This document shows positions 51,119-64,000 of a stretch of 64,000 nt of DNA, one piece after another. Numbering within the stretch: position 1 is the stretch's first letter; each line of letters opens with the position of its first letter. The translations under genes and the position numbers were made by a program. The notes under the pieces were generated by a model. It searched no databases. It saw only the letters and a program-made list of their open reading frames with translations, and had not been told where the DNA came from. The stretch comes from Selaginella moellendorffii. Its lineage: Eukaryota; Plantae; Lycopodiophyta. The stretch spans positions 2,039,048 to 2,103,047 of the forward strand of contig NW_003314270.1 of NCBI RefSeq assembly GCF_000143415.4, given 5' to 3'.

Positions 51119-51589
51119 AATCGTAAAGAGGTTGGAGAAAAATAAAGATGAATCAGGTTGATGAAGCAGTCGACCTTCACGATGCAACCCATCACGTTTT
51201 AATTTGATTGCCGCGCTTTGCATTCTTAGAAGTTTGCTTTTCCTAATCCAAATAAGCATAGATATGAAAGCTGCACAAAAGGGACATCATCGGCGCAACC
51301 ATGTTGCAGCTCCTCCTGCCAAATCTCCAATGCTCGGGTTGATTGCTCTCGCGGCCGTACTCTTCCCGTACTTGTCAGCTTATCGGATCCTCTTGTCATG
51401 GCGTGCCTGTTCTACGTGGGAAAAAAAAAATGGGTCGGATGGAGACGATGAAAGATAGAGAGCCGATCGAATTTTTATGAGCCCACCCAAAAGCCAATGA
51501 AGAGATTTTCTTCTTTCCATTCCCTGTGCGCTTGGACTTACCCGAGTGATGCGTTTTGTCCCAATCTCTGGATGGGGGCGCGAGCGAAA

Positions 51590-51858
51590 TCACGACGATG
51601 CTGGGGTGGTGTCGGGCGGGGGAATCTCTTTAGGGTGCTTGGACGCGAAGTGGTCTCGCAGCTGGTTGTAATTGGCCAATTGCGACTGCCACAAGTGGAA
51701 ATGTGGATAGAGCGAGCGAGATCTATCTTCTATACCTTACAGATTGGGCAGTTTATCTTGAGAGCCGCGGCGCGCGCCTCGATCTGTGATCCCTTGGGCT
51801 TCTGATTGCGCTCCGCATTGCGCTTCTGCGCCTCGATCTTCTGCTTCCCCCTCGTCAT
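51590..51858 (-). CDS. ZNF706/4F5-type small C2H2 zinc-finger protein (72 aa, 2 exons; missing from the ORF track)
   Basis: Exon 1 51858-51736 MTRGKQKIEAQKRNAERNQKPKGSQIEARAAALKINCPICK; 50-bp GT-AG intron; exon 2 51685-51590 SQLANYNQLRDHFASKHPKEIPPPDTTPASS*. Confidence 0.9.
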
Positions 51859-52067
51859 ATCTCGCGCTACTTCTAACCCTAAATTGCCCAAAGAGAGTCA
51901 ACATCTAGTCAACGGTTACAAATAGTCATAGATTTTTGTTAATTTACAAGAAGCTCGTGTTCTTTGGGACCCTCTTTCAACTTTTATTTGAAACGAGTTG
52001 CACGATTCTTGGAAGCTATTAAAAGTGTTGAAGTAGAAAACTTATTCTTTTTCTTGTTACTCACCCC

Positions 52068-52472
52068 TCAGATCTTTCCACCGGTCGTCTTTGACTGCTC
52101 GTCGCCGCTAGAACTCCCATTGAGATTTTGCCGAGAAGAGGAATCGCCATCGCTGGAGCTTCCAACTCTCACTACCTCGTCCTCGTCCTCTTCTTCCCCG
52201 TGGAACTTGGAGCTCCCGTACTTCTCCACCCAGTCTCTGTAAAAGAGAACCGGCCAAGCAGCATCGGGAAGCTTCTTCTTCTTCTTCTTCGTCACGCTCT
52301 GGACAGACTCGGAGGAAGAGGAGCTCGCAACGGCGGCCCCGCGAGATCCCAGCCTAGCAGCAGCAGTAGCATCAAACCTCTTGAAGACCCCGAGAAGCTC
52401 TGGAGAGGGAGAACTTCCAAGCTTCGCCTTGAGTAGACTGTGTGATCCAGCAGTAGCCAGTGTCGCAGCCAT
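52068..52472 (-). CDS. Small intronless protein with a plastid-transit-like N-terminus, unknown function
   Basis: 134-aa ORF starting MAATLATAG, Ser/Ala-rich N-terminus, short ordered core DAAWPVLFYRDWVEKYG, acidic tail. Confidence 0.5.
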   Translation of the reverse strand: MAATLATAGSHSLLKAKLGSSPSPELLGVFKRFDATAAARLGSRGAAVASSSSSESVQSVTKKKKKKLPDAAWPVLFYRDWVEKYGSSKFHGEEEDEDEVVRVGSSSDGDSSSRQNLNGSSSGDEQSKTTGGKI

Positions 52473-52723
52473 TCGAGAGTTCCAAGTAAAACTTCCTTTC
52501 CTTTTTCCTGATTTGAAGGAATCGAGAAGCCGTTATTTACTACGCGCTCTTCGCCTTCCTCTAAACACCCTACCTGGAACAGCACCGAGCGAGAAAGTGT
52601 AAAGTCCAAAGAAGAATCGTGGAAACTTATCAGACAACGATGGGGGAGATGCCTTTTACTTCACGACGGCTGTAATATGAACAGGACGTCACCGAATATT
52701 CGCGTCTCTGAAAGATTATTCGA

Positions 52724-53744
52724 CTAGCTCGCCGCCATGATGGAATCTAGCAAGCCTTCGCAGGCATCCTCCAAGAGGTCTAGCACCTGTCGATCACGAC
52801 AACGCAAAAGGAAAAGAAAACAGAGGGTAGTAACAGTGAGTGGAACGATGAATCAAACGAGAACCTTTTCGAAACCAGCAGGACCACCGTAATACGGATC
52901 GGGAACCTCGGTGGCTTCGTTCTTTTGACAGTAAGAACACATGAGTTTGACCTGCAAGAGTTTTAGTTTTTAGAAGACGAAGATCCAGCGTCCTTGGTGT
53001 TGATGATCGAATGAAAGTTTTCGTGCTCACCTTGTCTCTAGAGTCCACATCGTAAGGTTGGTTTTTGTTCCATATTGTATAAGCCTTCAAGATATCGGCT
53101 GTAACGAGAGATTTCTAAGAACGAAGAACTGAAAAATTGCATTCTCTACCTTTGTTCTTCTTGTCCATCGCGAGGATGAGATCAAACTCATCGAAATCGG
53201 ATGGTTTGATCGGCCTGGAAATCGATGTGAGCAAAACTCCACGTTTGATAGCTGCTGCCTTCATCCTTGCATCTGCTGGATCGCCCTGCAACAAGAAGAA
53301 ACAATCTCGTCAAGCAAAAGAAAAACAATCAACCAGAGCGATCGTGAAAAGCTTGCCTCGTGATAGTCAATAGTTCCAGCCGAGTCGATATTAAATCGAG
53401 AGCTCAATCCCCTTTTCTCAACAATGTATCTAAACACAGCCTCGGCGGATGGACTGCGGCATATATTCCCTGGAAAACGAGAAAAGCTTCAGCTCAATCT
53501 AGGAGAAAATCGTACCCAAGCACACGAAGAGCACTCCAAATGGCCGGTTGGAAGCCATTACTGCCGCGTTCTCTCCTGCGGCCATTGCCGCCATAGCCTT
53601 CCTGCAATTGAGAATCGACTGAGAGGACGCTACTGCCAATCCAACTGAAAATTCGCGGAGGATCTTCGAAGAAGAATGCAGGGGCAGCTTCTTGGAGGAA
53701 AGAACTGGGCTAATCGGCAGCAAAATAGTCGAAACCGCGGCCAT
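52724..53744 (-). CDS. Low-molecular-weight protein tyrosine phosphatase, plastid-targeted
   Basis: VLFVCLGNICRSPSAEAVF P-loop, IDSAGT, FDLILAMD and VPDPYYGG. Transit peptide. Confidence 0.94.
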
Positions 53745-53976
53745 TGCCGCTGCTAGTGTTGGCTAGTCCTCCCATCAAAGCCCTAAAAAATTTTAAACCC
53801 AAAATTTGTTTAGGGCAACTTGCAAATTTTGCCAGTTAACCCTTTACGAATATTCTACTTTTGGATTTTTGTATCTGGCCTTCCGTCTTTTTCGGAAGAA
53901 CCCTAAAAAACTTTACCTTTTTTCACCAACTTTTTAAAAATGTATTGTTTTGTTGTTTTTTTCTTCCCGATTGCTA

Positions 53977-55344
53977 CTATGATCCAAACGAATGCAAGCA
54001 CTCCCGCGGGGCTCTCCAGTAGATCCTTTTGGACTGCTTCTCTTGCGCAGTCATGGACGCAAACTCGTCCCAGTCCTCCACCACCAGCTTGAGATCATTG
54101 ATCTTGCGCTGGAGCCCCGTGCAGCAATTCGCGTGCATGGTGCACACCTCCTCCAGGTCCCTGCTCACTTGGCAGAACCCCCCGAAGAACTGCGTGGTCA
54201 GGAACCGCATCTTCAATCCCAAACTCCAAAACCCCTCCGTATACTTGACGGCGTTGAGCACGTCCTGATCGTGCTTCCCCGGGAACAACACCCGCGCAGC
54301 GTGCCAAAACTTGTAGAACGCCACCGTGCGGTTGTTCGATCGGACATGGACGTAGCCGCCGTTTGGTTTGTTCCGGAGATCCACTGCACTGCCGTAGAAC
54401 TGATCGCAAGCTATCTCAAAGTCGGCTCCCGGATGGAAGTGCTTGAAAGGATCTCGAAACCACAAGATGTCGGCGTCCTGGAATCGCCACTGGTGTTAGA
54501 AAGAACAAAAACTCCGAGACAAAGATCGAGAGCATGACAAGAACTCCCAGACAATATCATCGAGAGCTTGACAAAAACTCCAGAAAAAGATCGCAACTTT
54601 GGTGCTTACCGAGAAGACAAAGTCGTAGCCGAGCTGGAGAACCACGCCCAAGAAATGGACTCTCCTCCACATCATCTTCAGGTAGTCGTCGCTCATGAAG
54701 AACTTCTCGCCCGAGAAGTCGATGCCGTCGGTCTTGAGCACGAAGCAGAACTTGTGGATCCGGACGCAGCGGTCGTGGGCGATCTTGTCGAGCGAGACAA
54801 TGAGGAGATGATCCAGGAACGACGAGATCCCCTCGCCCTTGCGGAAGCTGTCCAAGAACATATCCAACATGTTTCCCTTGGCGGCCCAGGCCTGGTTGGA
54901 GGTGGTGATGATCACCGTGTTGTTGCGAAACGCGGCCTTGCTCAAGAGCGCATCCAGATGCAAGAGCTCCCTGACACTCTAGAGAAAACGAAGAAATCAC
55001 CATGAGAGAGAGAGAGAGAGAGTGAGACGAAGAGATAATCTAGAACTTGATGGGAGACAATGACTTACGAAGTTACTGCTCCTGGCAAGATCTGCGAAGG
55101 CCGGGGCCGCCAAGTTCCGTGAGCGCTGTGGCGTGTTCCTGCCATACCACCCGCTGCTACCGCTGCTACTCCAGATCCTCTCGCTGCCAAAGACGAGCTC
55201 CATTTTCCAGATCAGCGCCGGGCGCGAGAAGAATCCAATGGCGGCGAAGGGGAGAAGAGCCAGGCCCACGCACAGCGCTAGCACCGTGACCTCGAGCGCG
55301 GATCTTCCGCGGCAGCAGCATGGATTGGAAGAGTTTGCCCCCAT
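53977..55344 (-). CDS. Nucleotide-diphospho-sugar transferase (GT77-related) type II membrane protein
   Basis: N-terminal TM, TVIITTSNQAWA..MLDMFLDSFRKG, YLKMMWRR, DADILWFRDPF (DxD), NGGY, HDQDVLN and TMHANCC. Confidence 0.92.
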
Positions 55345-56086
55345 TTTTGTGGAGGAATCGATCGAGGATGCCGCGCGGCGGCCTTCCCGAGCTACATTTC
55401 TACTGGCGCCCCGCCAATCCAATCCAGGGGAGCGTTGGAGTGATATCTCGTACCTTCGAAACTGGAATTTTGTCGGTGATTCTCTCGCCCAAGAGAGTTT
55501 GCCCAAGAACTAGAGCGCTATCGGCCTTGATGTTTTAGCAAGAAAAATCGATGTTGACCGACCATGACCATCGCCAAAACTCGAGTGGAAGTCTAGAGTC
55601 GTTGACCAGTCAATGGGAATGAAGCCAAGCTTAGCTAGCAAACTTATATACATTTTCCAGAGATCTTGTCCTAGGGAAATATTTGTGACTGCTATGATCG
55701 AGAATAATTCCTCCAGGATCTTCTTTCCTGGTGGCCTCCTGGATAGAGATCTAGCCAAATTGGTGACCTAATAATCGCGGCCACATTGTCCCTCCCTCGA
55801 CGAGGATTTCAATTTCTCTCCCACCTAGGGTTTATGCTAGATGCATTTTGCTACTTCTAGGGTTTATCCGCGCGCCAGTGTCGACGGCCCGACGATTGCT
55901 CGCCCCGGATCGAGTCGCTGGAGCGCCTCCTCTCCCCCTCCCACCCCAGCGGCTCGGAATTTTTCGAATTCCTCCTCGGCGCGGATGACAGCGGCCTAGA
56001 TTCGGTAAGGTTCTCGCAATCCCGATCAATGCTGCACTTCACAGTGGCGCCCGGGCCGAAAATGCAGGCATCCAGGCGAATCAAGC

Positions 56087-59255
<3,169 letters not shown>

Positions 59256-59527
59256 CGCTGGTAACCATTTCTCTCTTTCCGATCTAATCTCTGTGTAGCG
59301 GCAGGCAAGCACAGCGTTGTCTCGTTCCTCCCACTGCCATGGAGAGCTGTAATTTCCTTCCATTGAATCACAAACAAACATTCAAGCTAGCGAATGAAAA
59401 GTATAAGTACGCTGCTGCTGTGTGTGGCTGTGTCTCACTTTATTGTACAAGCATAGAAAGGTAAGAGGCTGCAAGAAAAGCGAAAGTTGTCAAGCAAAAT
59501 TCGTTTTTGATCGAGCTACGTACCTTT

Positions 59528-60309
59528 CTAAGAGCCGATGTTGAGTCCCCTTAATTGTTCTATACATTCTCCAGTGCTAGACGATGGCTGCTTTAGCGCT
59601 TGGCCTCTTCCTCCTCGTTTCTGCGTGAAGATTTCCAGTAAGAAACCAGAAAGCTTGATCGAGAGCAAGAGACAATACTAGCAAGACATGATACTTGCCA
59701 GTGATCTACCTCGAGCTTTAGGTACTCGTCTAGAATCTTTAGTAGAAGAGGAGACGACTCGTCGGTTCCATTCAATCCAAGCTTGTCTTGGAGCTCAGCT
59801 CTGGAAAATCCTCTGGGCTGGACAAATCGGGACAGTGAGACAGCAACGAAAGAGGTATTAAAACCACTCACGATGTTGGATTCCGGCAAGTAGATTTTGA
59901 GTGTCCGATCGAGAGAGCACCACTCCAGATACTCGCATATCAAGCCACTCAAGAGCTTTCCTGATCGAAAGGACCCGGGGATTAGTTTGGACAACAAAAG
60001 AATTTCTTCTCCACTTGCCGGCTTGAGACGAGTGTAGGTCCTTTGCTCGATCATTGCAGCCGCCGATGAGAGAAAAGGCATTGGCGTCTCCATCGGCGCG
60101 CTCTTGCTCCTCGATGGCAGCAAACACATTGGCCCGGAGCTCTGCCTGTGCGCCAAAGAGAATGAGAAGAATTCACACAATGCAGGCCCAGATCTGGCAC
60201 GGGGAAATCGACAGGCACTCACCCGGATCCTGGCCAGGACGCCGCGCTTCTCCAGCGTTTTGGTGATGAGCGCCTTGAGCTCCATGAGCTCCCGCGCGGC
60301 ATCGTCCAT
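59528..60309 (-). CDS. TON1: TONNEAU1 (FOP-related LisH protein)
   Basis: MDDAARELMELKALITKTLEKRGVLARIRAELRANVFAAIEEQ..LIGGCNDRAKDLHSSQAGKLLSGLICEYLEWCSLDRTLKIYLPE..PLLLKILDEYLK. C-terminal exon and stop uncertain. Confidence 0.88.
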
Positions 60310-60372
60310 TGTTTACCCAAACCCTAGTATATTCTGCCCTGTATTAATGCGTTAACATGGAGCGAAAAAGAA

Positions 60373-60444
60373 TGTGGCTGCTGGGATTCGAGCCCACGTC
60401 TCCATGGCTACAACTTGGAATTCTAACCAATAAGCTACAGCCAC
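60373..60444 (-). tRNA. tRNA-His-derived gene or pseudogene with a GUA (Tyr) anticodon
   Basis: Minus strand reads GTGGCTGTAGCTTATTGGTTAGAATTCCAAGTTGTAGCCATGGAGACGTGGGCTCGAATCCCAGCAGCCACA. Body matches plant tRNA-His(GUG) but the loop is TT-GTA-GC. One mismatch each in the anticodon and T stems. Downstream T-run. Confidence 0.75.
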
Positions 60445-61092
60445 ATTAACATAACGACGTAGTTAGGTCTTTGACCGGGTGATTATTAGGTTTGGCCTCA
60501 TTGCACTTTGTAAGTCGAGGGCTCTGCTTCTCCAAAATTCTAAGCCTTATAAGATGGATGGTCAAAAGAACCCTCTTGTTAGATCGATCTTGCCTGGGAA
60601 TAACATTAAAAAAATATTACAGCTGCAAAGTATGGCACAAATTGCTTCTTGTTTTTTCTTGGGCTTGATCTTGTTGGACTCCATCCGGAACTGAGATCCT
60701 GATGATTACACAGCATGAACCATTGGGTTTAAATGGAGAATTGACAATGAAAACAGAGAAAATACGGACTTGGTGCCTGGAGACTGATATTAAATGACTC
60801 TATCGCTGCAAATTCCTCACACTCACGCTTCCAATGCTTGTGTAAAAACTTTCCAAGAAATGGCTCGTGAAAACGAAGTGTCCTGGAAATGTCTTGGAAT
60901 GCAATGTTTCTTACTCATCAAACATGTCTCCTAAACAAATTTCACGTGCAGTCACGTTATAGCTTGAAACTGAGATCTGAACCATACTCTAACTGACCTC
61001 AACTGTAAACAAAAACATTTCGATATTTCCTGTGAAAACAATAATAAATTTCAGAATGAAAGTGGTACACAACGTTGGATTCCGGTAAATAA

Positions 61093-61289
61093 GAGCATGC
61101 GCATATCACAAACGCTTCCTTGATATTGCTCGATCATTGCAGCTGCTGATCGCTGAGAGAAAAGGCATTGGCGTCTCAAGCACATTAGCCCGGAGCTCTG
61201 CCTGCGCCAAAAGGGGATTAGAAGAATTCAGTGCATGACACAGGGAAATCTACCGGATCCCCGAGCTTCTCCAGCATTTTGGTGACGAG
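61093..61289 (-). pseudogene. Deletion-riddled partial duplicate of the TON1 5' half
   Basis: Collinear matches to 59915-60270, including intron 1: ttgctcgatcattgcagc, gagagaaaaggcattggcgtctc, cacatt.gcccggagctctgcctg, gaagaattca and gcttctccagc.ttttggtga.gag. Confidence 0.85.
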
Positions 61290-61448
61290 TTAACCAGGAA
61301 AAGCGTAGCATATTCTAAGGTTAGCTAATTAATGGTTAAGATTATTACCAAACTATATTCCTCCGTCGTTGCAAAGTCGCGGCAGGTTTCCTCGATTCTC
61401 TTTGGCGCGAAAACGGTGCTATTGAATAAGCTTGCTTAAGAATCCCAA

Positions 61449-61492
61449 GCCGGCCAGGCTTTTAACCTTGGGTTCGAACCCCACGGGCGGCG
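61449..61492 (+). pseudogene. Internally deleted tRNA-Lys(UUU) remnant
   Basis: gccg..gccaggCTTTTAAcct..tgggttcgaaccccacgggcggcg. The anticodon arm, T arm and 3' acceptor strand are retained, while the D arm and variable loop are missing. Confidence 0.7.
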
Positions 61493-61903
61493 AACGTTCC
61501 CATGCATTACAGTGTTTGGAAGGTGACCAAGTCTGGCGCTGCCAGTTGACCGTTTGCCAAGTCTTTGATGCTGCACCAATAATTTTTACGCCAGATGTGA
61601 AACGAGGCCACGAGAGCAGAGGCCTACTCCATATATGACATCATCTTTTTTGCTGACTGCCAATTAGTTTATGGCCATATCCAGAAGAAATGACACGCGA
61701 AATCAAAACAAAAAGCTGACGTTTATATAGCCCTAACGTGTTATGGAAAAGCAATAATTTATATTATATAGATTCCACTTCTTCTTAAACAAGTGATGCT
61801 TAAACCAGAATCCACCAGCTAGCTGTTGCATCTGTTTCACGTTGGGGAAGTTTGACCTGCAGTTACTATAAAAAATCATGCTTTACACACTGCTGCACCA
61901 GAA

Positions 61904-63355
61904 ATGGATGCGATTACTAAGGTGAATTCTGAATCTCTTCAAGATTGCAATCAACCAAGCAGCAGTAAAGTTGTTCAATATGCCTTCCATGTCGTTCGGC
62001 CTAAGAAAGTTCCACCACCTTCACCTCATTTTCTCTCAAGCATTGATCTTTGCTACAGCAAGCCAGAATTCTCCACACTTGTGCTCTTCTTCAAGGATTG
62101 CTTCTCGCCTTCCACAGGAGCTAAGAGTCTTGTAGACAGCCTCAGGTCTTCACTTTCCAAGGTGCTAGTATTTTATCCTGTTCTCGCTGGAAGGCTCAGG
62201 GTAAACGAGAGTGGAAGGATCGAGGTAAACATGAACGGTCAAGGTGTCCACTTTGTGGAGTCAAAGGTGGACTCGAGCTTCCAAGATTGGCAAGACATAC
62301 GCCAGTGTCCACTAGACATAGATTTATCACTCGACACCGGAGTTGTCAACCCCAGCGATGTTCCTCTTATCAAGTTCCACTTGACGCAATTTCACTGTGG
62401 GAGCATTGCCATAGCAGTCCATTTTTTGCACATCGTTTTGGACGGCTCCAGCCTCTACAACTTCCTCAACGCATGGGCTAAAGTTCACCGTGGCAGCACT
62501 TTATTTTGTGAGAGCTTTGGAAGAGAACGGGCGCTCTTGGCTCGGGATCCTCCAAAGGTGGACGCACCGGTGCCTTTCATCATTGACGCTGCTGCACGCG
62601 ACAAGCAAATTGATCCAAGCAACATCACGCCTTGCAATCTGGTGACACTTCGAATGGAGCAAGCTGCTATAGACGCTTGCAAGCGAGAAGCTCAAACCGG
62701 CGCCTTTGCATACAACGGTGGAAAAGCTACGGGCTTTGAGGCCGTGTTGTCCCTGCTGTGGTCGTCCATACTACGTGCACAGGGAGTCCCTCAACACCTT
62801 GACACGGCTATCTTGTTCTCTATCAACCTGCGGGGCCAGAAGCTAGCAGTCGTCCCCCAAAATTATTTCGGCAATGCCGTTGCCAATTGTCAGGTTCATG
62901 CGTCTCGAGCTGGCGACATAGTTGCTTCGGACTTATCGTATGCTGCGCATCTCATACACAAAGCAAAGATCTCCTGCAATAGAGCGTCGGTGCAGAGCAT
63001 GCTGGACTGGCTGGAGCTGAATTCTGCTCATCTTCACAAGGAACTTCACTGGAGGCGGGGAATCATGTCCACGACCATGACCAATTTCCACATGTATGGT
63101 CTCGATTTTGGGTGGCGAGGAGGAGCACTTTCCCAACTTTGCTTTCTGCCCAGCAAAGTTCCACCACACATGCCATTTGTTGCAATGCTGCCCTCGCCAA
63201 GACCCAAGTCAATAGAGATTGTCATTGGGCTGCATCACCAGGACAGAGAAGTGTTGCTACAAGACCATCTCTTCACACGCTATTTCTCAGCGTCAGAGAT
63301 TAAGCTGTGGACTGGAGATCGCATACGTAGAGCATTAAGGAGAGTCCCAAAGTAG
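61904..63355 (+). CDS. BAHD acyltransferase, intronless
   Basis: LSKVLVFYPVLAGRL, HXXXD motif HIVLDG, NYFGN and DFGWR (DFGWG variant). Upstream TATAAAAA. Confidence 0.94.
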   Translation: MDAITKVNSESLQDCNQPSSSKVVQYAFHVVRPKKVPPPSPHFLSSIDLCYSKPEFSTLVLFFKDCFSPSTGAKSLVDSLRSSLSKVLVFYPVLAGRLRVNESGRIEVNMNGQGVHFVESKVDSSFQDWQDIRQCPLDIDLSLDTGVVNPSDVPLIKFHLTQFHCGSIAIAVHFLHIVLDGSSLYNFLNAWAKVHRGSTLFCESFGRERALLARDPPKVDAPVPFIIDAAARDKQIDPSNITPCNLVTLRMEQAAIDACKREAQTGAFAYNGGKATGFEAVLSLLWSSILRAQGVPQHLDTAILFSINLRGQKLAVVPQNYFGNAVANCQVHASRAGDIVASDLSYAAHLIHKAKISCNRASVQSMLDWLELNSAHLHKELHWRRGIMSTTMTNFHMYGLDFGWRGGALSQLCFLPSKVPPHMPFVAMLPSPRPKSIEIVIGLHHQDREVLLQDHLFTRYFSASEIKLWTGDRIRRALRRVPK

Positions 63356-64000
63356 TTCTTGCCTTTCACACAATATGATATTGCATTGTAATTTGTTAGC
63401 TTAAATAGTGTGACAAATTATTTTGTATTGTTTGTTTATAACTTTAACACCCATTCAAAATGCAATAATGTAGTCGTGTTCATGACAACGGACCGTGTTG
63501 GAACACGGCTCGTTGAGAGGCTGCCTGGCGATGGCTACAGGTTTCACACCATGACACCGTCTCCAAGCACCACCAACCATGTACCTCGACGTGACCATGC
63601 AACTGGAAATCGGAACACCTTCACTTATACTCTGGAAGGCTGGCCAGCTTTTGGAAGCAAAGGCCAGCTCACCGGATTCACTTTGGCTCGATCCTGATAC
63701 TCTGATGGAACAAAGAAAACACAAACTTCAACTTGCAGGAGAGATTGATCCAAAGCTGGAGACCATGCTGTACACCTCTTGTGCACAAAGCCAGTCCTCC
63801 ATTAATAGCAAACGAAAAAAAAAGAGCAAACAAGAAAAAAGATTGAGTGAACCTGTACCTCAGTGCAAAGGTGCACATTTATTTTAATCTTACTAATTTT
63901 TATTTTCTTTAGAAAACCTAGATATAATTTACATTAGATAAAAATAATATTGTGTGAAACGAAAACAAGTGTAAAGAATATACCTGGAATATCCAAGTAT

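Noticed and set aside
53992-55005. Plus-strand ORFs opposite the sugar transferase
   Set aside because: Antisense shadows of GC3-rich exons.
63410-63887. Overlapping 89-102 aa ORFs after the BAHD gene
   Set aside because: Non-ATG starts and no recognisable domain; may be a gene fragment but this is unsupported.

Overview
Eukaryotic plant nuclear DNA with very short (~50 bp) GT-AG introns, tiny intergenic gaps and telo-box (AAACCCTA/TAGGGTT) promoters. The style suggests a compact non-seed plant such as the lycophyte Selaginella (inference). Two AT-rich, probably TE-derived tracts (about 1-7000 and 11550-15230) frame about 25 densely packed genes: RPS3, CIP7-like, RNF216/TRIAD3-type RBR ligase, GAUT, FMP32/CCDC90, CobW/ZNG1 GTPase, thioredoxin h, LCB-phosphate phosphatase, GPI8, CCCH zinc finger, CYP85-clan P450, SLC1/DAACS transporter, a giant dual helicase, GH31 YihQ-like glycosidase, beta-carbonic anhydrase, ZNF706-like, LMW-PTP, nucleotide-diphospho-sugar transferase, UBP, TON1 and a BAHD acyltransferase, plus several small orphan genes and two decayed tRNAs. 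The most striking element is the 9.3-kb gene at 36173-45448 (-). It reads as a ParB/Srx-like (toxin-type 'LDNRRL') domain + Sen1-like SF1B helicase + RelE-like domain + UvrD-like SF1A helicase + TPR, an architecture reminiscent of bacterial toxin/anti-phage systems. Also notable are a DAACS transporter with a rewired substrate site, a divergent cationic Gnk2/DUF26-like secreted protein in the AT-rich tract, and a tRNA-His body carrying a Tyr (GUA) anticodon. All exon boundaries were inferred by eye.
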